Positions 49,016 to 60,061 of a stretch of DNA of 64,000 nucleotides are shown one piece after another. Both the position numbers and the translations under genes were made by a program. The notes beneath the pieces are model-generated. The model searched no databases, was not told the origin of the DNA, and saw nothing but the letters and a program-made list of their open reading frames with translations. The number at the start of each line of letters is the position of its first letter. Within the stretch, counting starts at the first letter, position 1. The DNA is from Thermoanaerobaculia bacterium (GTDB lineage: Bacteria; Acidobacteriota; Thermoanaerobaculia; Multivoradales; UBA5704), in assembly GCA_044226625.1 (NCBI GenBank), contig JBGAGQ010000001.1, positions 192,001 through 256,000 of the forward strand, in the 5' to 3' direction.

Positions 49016-50279
49016 CACGTCCGATCCGCTAGGCCCTCTCGCCGCGTCGAGCTCTTCGGAACCGAATCGGGAGGAGCCGACGCTTCGCGAGGGTGTGAGC
49101 CGGCGCGACCTGCTGCGCGGCTCGGCGGCCCTCGCGGGAGCGGCGGCGATCGGCGCGGGATCCGTCGCCTGCGCGGCGCCCGCCCCCTCCCCCATGCGGC
49201 ACCGGCCGTTCGGCAAGACGGGCCTCACGGTCTCGGAGATCGGCTTCGGCGGCTATCCGGTCGACGAGCCCGAGACGGTGCGCTACGCGTTCGAGCGCGG
49301 GATCACTTATTTCGACACCGCCCACTGCTATCGCGGCGGGCGGAGCGAAGAGGTCATCGGCCAGGGCCTCCGAGGCATCCGCGACAAAGTCGTGCTCACG
49401 ACCAAATGGTGCCCCCACCACGTGGGCAAGCCGGCGACGAAGGCGAGTTTCCTCGCGATCCTGGATGGCAGCCTCAAGCGCCTCCAGACCGATCACGTCG
49501 ACGTGATCCTGAACCACGAGGTGGGTAAGAGCTCCGACGGGCAGGGCGTCGCGCGGCTCCAGAACCCCGAGATCCTCGAGGCGTTCGAAGCCGCGAAGAA
49601 GGCGGGCAAGGCGCGTTTCCTCGGATTTTCCGGACACGATCCCGACCTGATGTCGGTGATGGATTGGGGGATCGCCTCCGGCCACTTCCACGTGATGCTC
49701 GGCCGCTACAGCTTCCTCGACTACCCCGACCAGATGAAGCGGATCGCCGAGGCTCACCGGCGCGGCATGGGCGTGGTCGCGATGAAGACCCTCGCGGGCG
49801 CAAAGGGAGCCGACCTCGACCGCTTCAGGGACCGGTACACCAACTTCAAGCAGGCGGCGCTCAAATGGGTTCTCTCGAACCCGAACGTCTCGAACCTGAT
49901 CATCTCGATCAACGGCAAGCGACAGGTCGACGACTACGCCGCCGCCGCCGGCCAGAAGCTGGCCGAAGCCGACCTCGCGATCCTCGCCGAATACGAGGCG
50001 ACCTTCTCGCGCGAGGTCTGCCGCTTCGAAGGCGCCTGCCTACCGGCCTGCCCGGAGAACGTCCGCATCGCCGACATTCTCCGCTTCTCGATGTACTACC
50101 ACGAGTACAAGCAGGAGAACCGCGCCGTAAAGGCTTACGCCAAGCTGGTCGAAGCCGAGCGCGCGGCCCACTGCCTGCACTGCGCCGGGTTTTGCGAGGC
50201 GGCGTGCAGCTACGACCTGCCGGTGCGGAGTTTGTTGATCAAGGCGGATCGGGCGCTGGGAGCCGAACGCTCGGCCTGA
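49005..50279 (+). CDS. Aldo/keto reductase with Tat-like leader and C-terminal Fe-S domain
   Basis: SRRDLL, GKTGLTVSEIGFG, YFDTAHCY, SLKRLQTDHVD, AMKTL, Cys clusters. Confidence 0.85.
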   Translation: MANDTSDPLGPLAASSSSEPNREEPTLREGVSRRDLLRGSAALAGAAAIGAGSVACAAPAPSPMRHRPFGKTGLTVSEIGFGGYPVDEPETVRYAFERGITYFDTAHCYRGGRSEEVIGQGLRGIRDKVVLTTKWCPHHVGKPATKASFLAILDGSLKRLQTDHVDVILNHEVGKSSDGQGVARLQNPEILEAFEAAKKAGKARFLGFSGHDPDLMSVMDWGIASGHFHVMLGRYSFLDYPDQMKRIAEAHRRGMGVVAMKTLAGAKGADLDRFRDRYTNFKQAALKWVLSNPNVSNLIISINGKRQVDDYAAAAGQKLAEADLAILAEYEATFSREVCRFEGACLPACPENVRIADILRFSMYYHEYKQENRAVKAYAKLVEAERAAHCLHCAGFCEAACSYDLPVRSLLIKADRALGAERSA

Positions 50280-50396
50280 TCGGCCTCCCGCACCTCGCCG
50301 CGGTTTGATCCCACCGCCGCGGAGATCGCCCCGAGCCCCCTCGCCTTCCGACCGTTTCTGCGGCAGAGTTCGCGAAGCTTCAGGTAAGGAGGTCTC

Positions 50397-52697
50397 ATGG
50401 CTTCGCTCTCTCGCTCTTCGCGGTCGCGGTTCGCGCTGTGCCTCGCCGTCGCGACGTTCGTTGGCTTTCCGGTGCTCGCCGAGCAGCCGCCAGCCCCGCA
50501 TTCTCCTCCGCCCTCGATCGACCGCCTCGCCCACGTCGCGAAGCTCTGGGGAGAGGTCCGCTACCTCCACCCTTACCTCGCCTACCGGGAGGACCTCGAT
50601 TGGGACGCGGCGCTGCTGGCGGCGCTGCCGAAGGTTCGCGCGGCGAAGACGACGGAGGAGTACAGGGCGGCGGTGGCGGGGCTGCTGGCGCCGCTCGGGG
50701 ATTCGTTGACCCGGGTCCTTCCGGCCGAAGCGCACTCCGAGGCGGCGAAGCCCGCTCCGGTCGAGCTGTTCAATGAGCTTCCGGACGGCGGGCTCGAGAT
50801 CCGGCTCGGCCGGCGGGTCGCGAGCGAGGGTGTGGTCGCCGTGTTCCGCCAGATCACCGGAGAGATGGCGAAGGTCGCTCAAGCGAAGGAGGTCGTGCTC
50901 GACCTTCGGACGGGGAGCTCCAAGGGAGACCCCACGGGGGAGACGGGCTGGGTGGTCGACGAGCTCGGCGGGGCGCTCGGGAGCCGTCCCTGCCGCGCGC
51001 CGACCGAGCGCTACCTGATGCACTCGGGGTTCTCCGACGCCGGGGCGGGGAGCGGCAGCGGCGGCTATTACTCGGGCTTCCTCGAGAAGCTCGCGCCGTT
51101 GTACCGGCCCGACCCCGATCTCGAGGTGAGGGAGAAGAAGGTGGCGTTCGTGGTCGATCCGTCGACGCCCGTGCCGCCGTTCGCCCAGGCGCTCCAGGCG
51201 TGCGGAGACGGGCGGATCGTCGCGGTCTCGGCTCTGTCTCCCGAGACGGGAGGCTCGACGATCGATGTCGATCTCGGCGAAGGGGTCACGGTGCGGATGC
51301 GGGTGAGCGAGGCGATCCCGCTCGGCGCCGGGCTGGAGGCCGACGCGGTGATCTCCGAAGGGGATGAGGCCGCCATGACGACGGCCGCGCTCGCCGCACT
51401 CCAAATCGAGCGCAAGAGGACCACCGAGGCACCGAAGCCTTTGCCCGGCGGCGTCTATCGCTACGACCCGACCTACGCCCAGATGACCGAGCCCGATCTC
51501 GACCATCGGCAGCTCGCGGTGATTCGAGCCTGGAACGTGATCGCCCTGTTCTACCCCTACCGGCCACTGATCGGCGATTGGGACGCCGTGCTGCCGGAGT
51601 ACCTCGCGCGGATGGAACGGGCGGACACCGGGCGGCTCTACGCGCTCGCGATCCTCGAGATGATGAACCACGTCGAGGACGGCCATACGGGGGTTTACGG
51701 CCATCCGGCACTGAACGGAATGGTCGGCGGAGCCGGCATCCCGGCGCGCGTCCGGTGGATCGAAGGTGCCGTCGTCGTCACCCAGGTGACGGAGGATGGG
51801 AAGAAGGCGGGGATCCTGCCGGGCGACGCCGTGAGCGCGGTCGACGGCGAGCCGATCGCCGCGGCGATGGACCGCTTCCGACCGCAGACCACCGCCTCCA
51901 CCGAGGCCGCCCTGTGCAACAAGCTCGCGGTCCTGCCGCTCGTGGGGGCCCCGGGATCGATCGCGCGGCTCACCCTCGAGGGCGTCGACGGCAAGACCAA
52001 GCAGGTGGAGATCGCGCGCGATCCGGGCGCGCGCCTCAAGCTGCCGCCGCGGGTTCCGGGAGACGTCGTCCAAATCCTCCCCGGCAATTTCGGCTACGTC
52101 GACCTGATCCGCCTGACCGTGGCGGACGTGGACGCGATGTTCGAGAAGGTGAAGGACACGCGGGGCCTCATCCTCGACATGCGCGGCTACCCGCAGGGGA
52201 CCGCCTGGTCGATCGCGCCGCGGATCAACACCCGCCACGCGCGGTACGGCGCGCGCTTCCGCCGCGCCGAGCTGTCGGCGTTCTCGACCGAAGAGGAGGA
52301 GGGAGCGTTCTCCTTCGCCCAGCCGCTTCCCGAGCTACCCCCGGGGAAATCGATCTACGAGAAACCGATCGCCATGATCATCGACGACCGGGCGATCAGC
52401 CAGAGCGAGCACTCCGGCCTGTTCTTCGAGGCGGCCTCCGACGTCCATTTCGTGGGAGAGCCCACCGCCGGGGCGAACGGCGACGTCACCTCGTTCTCGC
52501 TCCCCGGGGGGATCCACGTCTACTTCACCGGTCATGACGTACGCCACGCCGACGGCAGGCAGCTGCAGCGGATCGGTCTCCAGCCGCACGTGCCCGTCTC
52601 CCCCACCCGCGCGGGCATCGCCGCCGGGCGCGACGAACTGCTGGAAGCGGCGGTGAAGGATCTGGAAGGGCGGGCGGCGGCGGCGAAGCCGAAATGA
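50397..52697 (+). CDS. S41 family secreted peptidase with PDZ domain
   Basis: Signal peptide, LWGEVRYLHP, GLILDMRGYP, AISQSEH, TAGANG, GLQPH. Confidence 0.85.
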   Translation: MASLSRSSRSRFALCLAVATFVGFPVLAEQPPAPHSPPPSIDRLAHVAKLWGEVRYLHPYLAYREDLDWDAALLAALPKVRAAKTTEEYRAAVAGLLAPLGDSLTRVLPAEAHSEAAKPAPVELFNELPDGGLEIRLGRRVASEGVVAVFRQITGEMAKVAQAKEVVLDLRTGSSKGDPTGETGWVVDELGGALGSRPCRAPTERYLMHSGFSDAGAGSGSGGYYSGFLEKLAPLYRPDPDLEVREKKVAFVVDPSTPVPPFAQALQACGDGRIVAVSALSPETGGSTIDVDLGEGVTVRMRVSEAIPLGAGLEADAVISEGDEAAMTTAALAALQIERKRTTEAPKPLPGGVYRYDPTYAQMTEPDLDHRQLAVIRAWNVIALFYPYRPLIGDWDAVLPEYLARMERADTGRLYALAILEMMNHVEDGHTGVYGHPALNGMVGGAGIPARVRWIEGAVVVTQVTEDGKKAGILPGDAVSAVDGEPIAAAMDRFRPQTTASTEAALCNKLAVLPLVGAPGSIARLTLEGVDGKTKQVEIARDPGARLKLPPRVPGDVVQILPGNFGYVDLIRLTVADVDAMFEKVKDTRGLILDMRGYPQGTAWSIAPRINTRHARYGARFRRAELSAFSTEEEEGAFSFAQPLPELPPGKSIYEKPIAMIIDDRAISQSEHSGLFFEAASDVHFVGEPTAGANGDVTSFSLPGGIHVYFTGHDVRHADGRQLQRIGLQPHVPVSPTRAGIAAGRDELLEAAVKDLEGRAAAAKPK

Positions 52698-52718
52698 AAG
52701 GTGGAAAGTCGGAGGCCG

Positions 52719-53912
52719 TTACCCCGTAAACGGCCGCTCGACGAACTCCTTCGCCCGGTCTCTCGCGTCGCCCACGTTCTTCATCGCGAGGACCTCGCGG
52801 TAACAGCGGAGCGCCTCGTCCCGACGGCCGAGGGCGTCGTAGGCCATGCCGCGACGGAGGCGGCCGACGGCCTGATAGTAGGCGTCGTAGGTGCGCTCTG
52901 CGGCGAGGAACTCCAGGCGGTCGAGGTACTCGATCGCCCCGTCGTAACGGCGCTGCCCCATCTCGACCCGAGCGAGCCAGTAGAGGGCTTCCTCGGCGAC
53001 CGCGCCGCTATAGCCGGGCGCTCCCTCGACCTGGCGTTCCGCGACTTCTTGGAGGATCACGCCGGCCTCGGCCCAGCGCCCCCAGCGGGCGTACATCCGC
53101 CCCTCCGCGACGTGGAACAGCGAGTTCGTGGGATAGGCCAGGCGCAGTTGGGACAGCTCCGCCGTCGCGCGCGGGAGGTTTCCCTCGAACTGGTCGAAGA
53201 TCTGGAACAGCGCGTACCGCGCCTCGGTCTTCGCGAACCGGCTCTTCTCGGCCGCCCGGGCGAGCTCGGCGAGGCCGCGCGCTTTGTCGCCCTTGGGGAA
53301 CAGCCGAGCGACCGCTTTCAGCCAGCGGTAGCGCTGCGGCACGGCTTCGACCAAGTAGTCGAACAGGCCGATGCCGAAAGCGAGATCGTCATTGCCGGGG
53401 TCCTGCTTCGCCAGTCGGCGCATGTTCTTGAGCGCCCGCCGTCCGTCGAGCCCGGCGCGAAGCCAGCTCTGACGGTAAGTGGCGAGGCGCGCCCGGAACG
53501 CCGAGGCGCCCGCCTCGAAGAAGAGCCCGTCCGGATCGTCGCGGTTCTTCTTGAGCCGCCGTTTGGAAAGCGCGAGCGAGCGCTCGATGTGCTTCGAGAA
53601 ATCGGCATCGAGCGACGTGTTCTCGGGATCGACCAGCAGCCGCCACCAAGGGACCAGCGCGCGCAGCAGCGGCCCCGCCGGATGGTCGGGGAAACGCCGC
53701 TCGACCGCGGCGAAGCGCGCGTCGGCGGCGGGAAAGTCCATCGAGTAGAGACGGTCGAGCCCGGCGATCACCTGCTCGCGGAACGCCGGGTCGTCGATGA
53801 TCGAAGCCGGACGACGCGCGGGCGCGGCGGCGGCGAACGCCGTGGTCGCGACGATAAGCAGGAGAAGTACGGAGAGGGCGATGCGCGTTGCGGTGTTTCT
53901 CACGGCAAACAT
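52719..53912 (-). CDS. Secreted tetratricopeptide repeat protein
   Basis: Signal peptide followed by helical TPR-like repeats (ALYWLAR, GMAYDALG). Confidence 0.75.
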   Translation of the reverse strand: MFAVRNTATRIALSVLLLLIVATTAFAAAAPARRPASIIDDPAFREQVIAGLDRLYSMDFPAADARFAAVERRFPDHPAGPLLRALVPWWRLLVDPENTSLDADFSKHIERSLALSKRRLKKNRDDPDGLFFEAGASAFRARLATYRQSWLRAGLDGRRALKNMRRLAKQDPGNDDLAFGIGLFDYLVEAVPQRYRWLKAVARLFPKGDKARGLAELARAAEKSRFAKTEARYALFQIFDQFEGNLPRATAELSQLRLAYPTNSLFHVAEGRMYARWGRWAEAGVILQEVAERQVEGAPGYSGAVAEEALYWLARVEMGQRRYDGAIEYLDRLEFLAAERTYDAYYQAVGRLRRGMAYDALGRRDEALRCYREVLAMKNVGDARDRAKEFVERPFTG

Positions 53913-53919
53913 CCTATAT

Positions 53920-54075
53920 AGGTCGGGCTTTCAGCCCTACCCGCTTTGCTACGGGTTCTGAACCTGGGGCGTTGCCCCAGGCTATTTTGGAACGCGCCGT
54001 TGGCGCTCGCGTCCGGGGACCGGTTCAATTTCATGCGGCGCCGAAGGCGCCAACGTATAAGCCCGGGAAACGCCT
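53920..54075. repeat. REP-like cluster of short palindromes
   Basis: gggctttcagccc, cctggggcgttgccccagg, gcgccgttggcgc, gcgccgaaggcgc in an intergenic region. Confidence 0.55.
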
Positions 54076-54126
54076 CAGGTTGCGAATCGCAAAACTAAAG
54101 GCGGAGCCCCGCGCCCCCTGCCTCTC

Positions 54127-54627
54127 CTAACCCAACCCGAGAACCGACCAGCGCAGGAGCATGCCCACGAAGACCACCGCCGCAAACGAAAGCAGCGCAT
54201 ACCAGAGCCGAAACTCCGGGCTCCACCAACTGCGGCGCCAGGCGATCGCGTTCGCGAACGGCATCGCGAAGGCGAGTAGACCGGCAAGCGCCGGCACGAT
54301 CAGCCAGCCCGCCGCGCGTACCTTCCCGATCTCTCCCCCACCGGTCAACAGGTTGAGCGCCGCGCCCAGCAGATGAAGAGCCGAGACGGCGACCCCGAGC
54401 CCCACCGCCCAGGTGGCGGCACGCGGCGGCGACGGCGGTGGCGCGAGGAGATCGACGGCGGCCTCCTTCGGGCGAACGATCAAGGCGACGGCGAACAGGC
54501 TGCATAACGTGGCGACCGTCGCGGCCTGCGCGACGACGAGGGGAGAGGTCGCGGCCGGCGCCGGAACCGGCAGAGGCATCGGCAGGATCCGGGCGAAGAG
54601 CGAAGCAGAGACTCCCGATTCGAGCAT
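54127..54627 (-). CDS. Hypothetical membrane protein
   Basis: Four hydrophobic segments in the 3' part of ORF 54127..55233; start uncertain. Confidence 0.5.
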   Translation of the reverse strand: MLESGVSASLFARILPMPLPVPAPAATSPLVVAQAATVATLCSLFAVALIVRPKEAAVDLLAPPPSPPRAATWAVGLGVAVSALHLLGAALNLLTGGGEIGKVRAAGWLIVPALAGLLAFAMPFANAIAWRRSWWSPEFRLWYALLSFAAVVFVGMLLRWSVLGLG

Positions 54628-54810
54628 GGCCCCCCCTTGGGTCTCCATCCGGTAGATCGGTGCGCGCCGAGCACGCTCGCGCGCACCCCGGCCGACGCCC
54701 CGTCTTTCCTTAGACTCCTCTAACGCCGATTCGGTGCCCGAAAATCCCACCCCCGCGGGCGATCCGCCGGAGATCACGGGCGCCTCTCCTGAGATACTCT
54801 CCGCCCCTCG

Positions 54811-56565
54811 ATGGAGCTTCGCGATTCCCGCCGCCTGACCGGGGCCGGCCTCCTGCTCGACCGGGAGGGTGCCGTGCTCGAGGTGTCTTTTACCCCTGAG
54901 GAGAAGGACCGCATCCTTGAGCTCTGGCGCAAGCGTACCCGGCAGCTCCTCGACGCGGTCGGCTGGAACCAGGAGACGATCGCCGTCCGCGAATTCCCGG
55001 GCGGAGCGAGCCTCGCCCTCTCGGCTCCGTTCGATGCCCTGTATGCCGCCTGCGACCTCGCCGAGGCGGCCTGGTCCGCCGCGACCGCGGCGTTTCAGGG
55101 CGAGCCAGAGCCGGATTTCGCGGAAGCTCGCGCGCAAATCTCCGCCGCGATCGAGGCGGAACGGGAGCCCGAGGTGGCCTCGCTTCGCGAGGCGGCCCAG
55201 GCGCACGGCGTTTCGTTTCTGATCGACGACCACGAGGTGACGGTCGGCCTCGGCGCGGGGAGCCGGACCTTCCTTCGGCGACCGCCCTCGCCCCCATCCG
55301 ATCTCCCCGAAGGCGCGGAGGAAGCGGCTCGAGACCTGCCGCAGGTGTCCGCCGAGCCCTTAGAGGCGCCCGTCGACTGGAGCCGCGTCCACGACATCCC
55401 CCACGCGATCGTGACCGGCACGAACGGCAAGACCACGACGGTGCGCTTGCTCGCGAGCATCGGCCGCGCGGCGGGTTTCGTCGTCGGCCTCTCCTCGACC
55501 GACGGCGTGGTGGTGGGAGGCGAAAAGGTCGCCGCGGGCGACTACTCCGGTCCCGAAGGGGCGAGGAAAGCGCTGCGCGACTCTCGCGTGGAGCTCGCCG
55601 TGCTGGAGCTCGCGCGCGGCGGCCTGCTACGGCGCGGGGTGCCCCTCCAACGCGCGGCGGCGGCCGCGGTGACCAACGTCGCGGCCGATCACTTGGGGGA
55701 ATACGGCATCCTCGACGTCCCCCACCTCGCCGAGGCGAAGATCACCGTCGCGCGCACCCTGCGCCCCGGCGGCCGGCTCGTTCTGAACGCCGACGACCCG
55801 GAGCTCGCCGCGCGCGGCGCCGCGGTCGCGGAACGGTTCGGCCTGGAGCTCGCCTGGTTTTCCCTCTCGCAGGAGACCGATCCGCTCGCCACCCACCTGC
55901 GCCAAGGCGGCATCGCGGCCTTCGTCGAGCGGGACGCGCTGGTCCTCGCCCACGGCCTCGATCGGATCGACGTCATCCACATCGCCGACTTTCCCCTGGC
56001 CCACGGCGGCGCGGCGCGTCACAACCTCGCGAACGCCCTCACGGCGATCCTCCTCGCCAGCGCCCTCCATCTCTCCCCCGAGGCGATGCGCGAAGGCCTC
56101 GCCGCGCTCGCCTCCTCCCCCGCCGACAATCCCGGCCGGGCGAACCGGATCGCGCTGCCGAACGGCGCCACGGTCCTGCTCGACTACGCGCATAACCCGC
56201 ACGGCCTTGAAGCGCTCCGACCGCTCGTCGAGAGCTTTCCGGCGAAGCGCCGCATCCTCCTCCTCGGCCAAGCCGGAGACCGCGACGACACCTCCCTCGC
56301 CGCCCTCGCCGCCTCCGCCGCGCGCTTCGCCCCCGACCTTGTGATCCTCAAAGAGATGCCCGCCTACCTCCGCGGTCGCCAGCCGGGAGAGATTCCGGCG
56401 CTCTTAGAGGCAGAGCTGCGCCGCGCCGGCATCACCGCGATCGAGCACGCCGGAACGGAGCTGGAAGGCGTCGAACGCGCGTTGGCGCTTTCGGAGGAAG
56501 GGGACCTACTAATCCTCCTGATCCACACCGATCGGGCGAGGGTGTTCGAGCGGCTGGGGGTTTGA
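54811..56565 (+). CDS. Mur ligase family protein, cyanophycin synthetase-like without ATP-grasp domain
   Basis: DSRRLTG N-terminus, VTGTNGKTTT, ELARGGLLRRG, NVAADHLG, PGRAN, LDYAHNP, GDR. Confidence 0.8.
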   Translation: MELRDSRRLTGAGLLLDREGAVLEVSFTPEEKDRILELWRKRTRQLLDAVGWNQETIAVREFPGGASLALSAPFDALYAACDLAEAAWSAATAAFQGEPEPDFAEARAQISAAIEAEREPEVASLREAAQAHGVSFLIDDHEVTVGLGAGSRTFLRRPPSPPSDLPEGAEEAARDLPQVSAEPLEAPVDWSRVHDIPHAIVTGTNGKTTTVRLLASIGRAAGFVVGLSSTDGVVVGGEKVAAGDYSGPEGARKALRDSRVELAVLELARGGLLRRGVPLQRAAAAAVTNVAADHLGEYGILDVPHLAEAKITVARTLRPGGRLVLNADDPELAARGAAVAERFGLELAWFSLSQETDPLATHLRQGGIAAFVERDALVLAHGLDRIDVIHIADFPLAHGGAARHNLANALTAILLASALHLSPEAMREGLAALASSPADNPGRANRIALPNGATVLLDYAHNPHGLEALRPLVESFPAKRRILLLGQAGDRDDTSLAALAASAARFAPDLVILKEMPAYLRGRQPGEIPALLEAELRRAGITAIEHAGTELEGVERALALSEEGDLLILLIHTDRARVFERLGV

Positions 56566-56680
56566 GCAACGCTTCGCTCTCGCCTGGCAAAAAAGCGAAG
56601 GACGCGGGCTGAGGACGCAGGCCGACCCCTCCCGCGTTGGTGGAAAAGGATCCCAAGATCTGGAGGCACGAATCTAGGCT

Positions 56681-57439
56681 TTAGGTCGTGGCCCCGCGCA
56701 TCGCTGCCAGCATCTCCTCGACCGCCGCTTTCATGCCGATCAGCACCGCACGCGAAACCAGCGCGTGGCCGATGTTCAGCTCTTCCATCCCTTCGACGCG
56801 GGCGATGGGACCGACGTTTTCGACCGTGAGGCCGTGGCCGGCGTAGAGGTGGAAGCCCACCGCGCGACCCAGCGCTCCGGCTTTCTCCACGCGGGCGAGC
56901 TCGGAATCCCTCCCCGAACCCACGGCGGCTCGCGTGTAAGCGTCGGTGTTGATCTCGAATCCGGAAACCCCAGCATCCAGCATCCCCGCGAGCCGCTCCA
57001 TCTGCTCCGGATCGGGATCGAGAAAAAGGGAGACCGCGATCCCGGCCGCCGAGAGCTTCTCCGCCGCGGCGCGGACGCGGTCGCCGTGCACGCGGAGATC
57101 GAGTCCCCCTTCGGTGGTCACTTCCTCCGGGCGCTCCGGTACGAGCGTCACCTGGTGCGGCTTGAGCCGTAGCGCGACGTCGAGCATTTCCGGCTCGGCC
57201 GCCATCTCTAGATTCAGCTTACCCGTGACGACGGCGCGGAGGCGCTCGACGTCGTGGTCCTGAATGTGCCGCCGGTCGGCGCGGAGATGAACCGTGATGC
57301 CGGTGGCACCCGCCGCTTCGGCCAAAAGGGCCGCGTCGACCGGATCGGGATAGGCGGCCTTCCGCGCCTGGCGCACCGTCGCCACGTGATCGACGTTCAC
57401 CGACAGGCGGACCGGCGAACGGAGATCGGGCGCGCTCAC
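56681..57439 (-). CDS. pdxJ: Pyridoxine 5'-phosphate synthase
   Basis: LSVNVDHVATVRQAR, ITVHLRADRRHI, LVPE..TTEGG, AGHGL, ELNIGH. Confidence 0.95.
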   Translation of the reverse strand: MSAPDLRSPVRLSVNVDHVATVRQARKAAYPDPVDAALLAEAAGATGITVHLRADRRHIQDHDVERLRAVVTGKLNLEMAAEPEMLDVALRLKPHQVTLVPERPEEVTTEGGLDLRVHGDRVRAAAEKLSAAGIAVSLFLDPDPEQMERLAGMLDAGVSGFEINTDAYTRAAVGSGRDSELARVEKAGALGRAVGFHLYAGHGLTVENVGPIARVEGMEELNIGHALVSRAVLIGMKAAVEEMLAAMRGATT

Positions 57440-57655
57440 CTACCGCTCGACCTCGGCGACAACCGCCGAGGCCTCCTCGGGGGAGCGCGAGATCAAGACG
57501 GTGAGTCCGATCGGCAGCAGCGTGCGGTGCAGCTTTTCGCCGAAGGTGCAGTTGACCTCGTAATAGCCGCCGTCCGAGATACGGACGAGCGTGCCGAGGT
57601 GCCCTTTCAGGCCCAACAGCTCGTTGTGGATGAACACTTCCGCCGGCAGATCCAT
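57440..57655 (-). CDS. Small hypothetical protein
   Basis: 71-aa ORF abutting the pdxJ start, co-oriented in the operon. Confidence 0.6.
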   Translation of the reverse strand: MDLPAEVFIHNELLGLKGHLGTLVRISDGGYYEVNCTFGEKLHRTLLPIGLTVLISRSPEEASAVVAEVER

Positions 57656-57688
57656 CGCCCCGTCAAACCTCCCGCTTCAGAACCCGCA

Positions 57689-59188
<1,500 letters not shown>

Positions 59189-59396
59189 GAGGGCCATTTT
59201 GGCACGTTCCGGGGTCGAACGGGTGGCTGCCGAGGTTTCGGAGACGGATTTGAGGAATCGAACGTACTTCTAAACGCTCGTTTAGGCGTCGGTGTCCTTC
59301 CTCCCGGTCCGCCGTGATCCGTCCCTCGGGAACTCAGAGCTGCGCCGAGGGTCAAATAGAATTGTTGCAACGCTTGCTTGCGCCGAGGAGAACGCG

Positions 59397-60056
59397 ATGC
59401 ATCGATCGACAGGAATCTGGGGAAACGTAGCCTTCGTCTCGCTCTTCTTCGCAGCCACTGGGGCTCAAGGAGAGAGCCCGCGGCCCACCGCGCCGCCGAG
59501 ATGGGAGTTCTTCCCCCGTTCCGTCGCCGTCTCCGGCCTCGCTCCGGGCGCCAAGGTCGCGTGGTTTTCGATCTCCCGGGAGTTTTACGACTACGGTCTT
59601 TCGGTCCGCCAGCGCGGAGGACTCGTGACTGACACCGACCAGGATGGGACAGAGGCGATCGAACTCGACCGCGAGCTGTCGCCTGCTTCGATCTGGGGAG
59701 CCGTCGACTTTGCGGCCGGGACGTTCGCACTTGCCCAACCTTCGGGAGCGCCGGTCGACCTCGTCGCGATTCACGGCAATCCCCGTTCGGCGCTGCGGAA
59801 GATCGACTTCGAGGATCGCGATTTCCTCTACGCTTTCCTGGTCCGCCCCGACGTGGGCGCCTGGTGGGCGCGGATCGGCGACGGAAGTCCGGACGACGAA
59901 GATGGAGAGATCGATCGCCGCATCGCCTTGCCGCTTTCGGCGATGAGTCCTTTCGATGGAAGCACCCCACCTCCCGACCGCATCGAGCGCAACGACCTCA
60001 TCTTCGCGATCGACCCGAATCGGCTGGACGTTTTCGCCGCGGGCGTGAGGGAGTAA
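59397..60056 (+). CDS. Secreted hypothetical protein upstream of the RHS gene
   Basis: GAGGAG RBS, signal-peptide-like N-terminus, beta-rich body; ends 5 nt before the RHS start. Confidence 0.65.
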   Translation: MHRSTGIWGNVAFVSLFFAATGAQGESPRPTAPPRWEFFPRSVAVSGLAPGAKVAWFSISREFYDYGLSVRQRGGLVTDTDQDGTEAIELDRELSPASIWGAVDFAAGTFALAQPSGAPVDLVAIHGNPRSALRKIDFEDRDFLYAFLVRPDVGAWWARIGDGSPDDEDGEIDRRIALPLSAMSPFDGSTPPPDRIERNDLIFAIDPNRLDVFAAGVRE

Positions 60057-60061
60057 CGTCG

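Noticed and set aside
59199-59216. Sigma54 promoter TTGGCACG upstream of the RHS operon
   Set aside because: A -24-like element is present but there is no TTGC at -12; a TAGAAT box nearer the gene is more plausible
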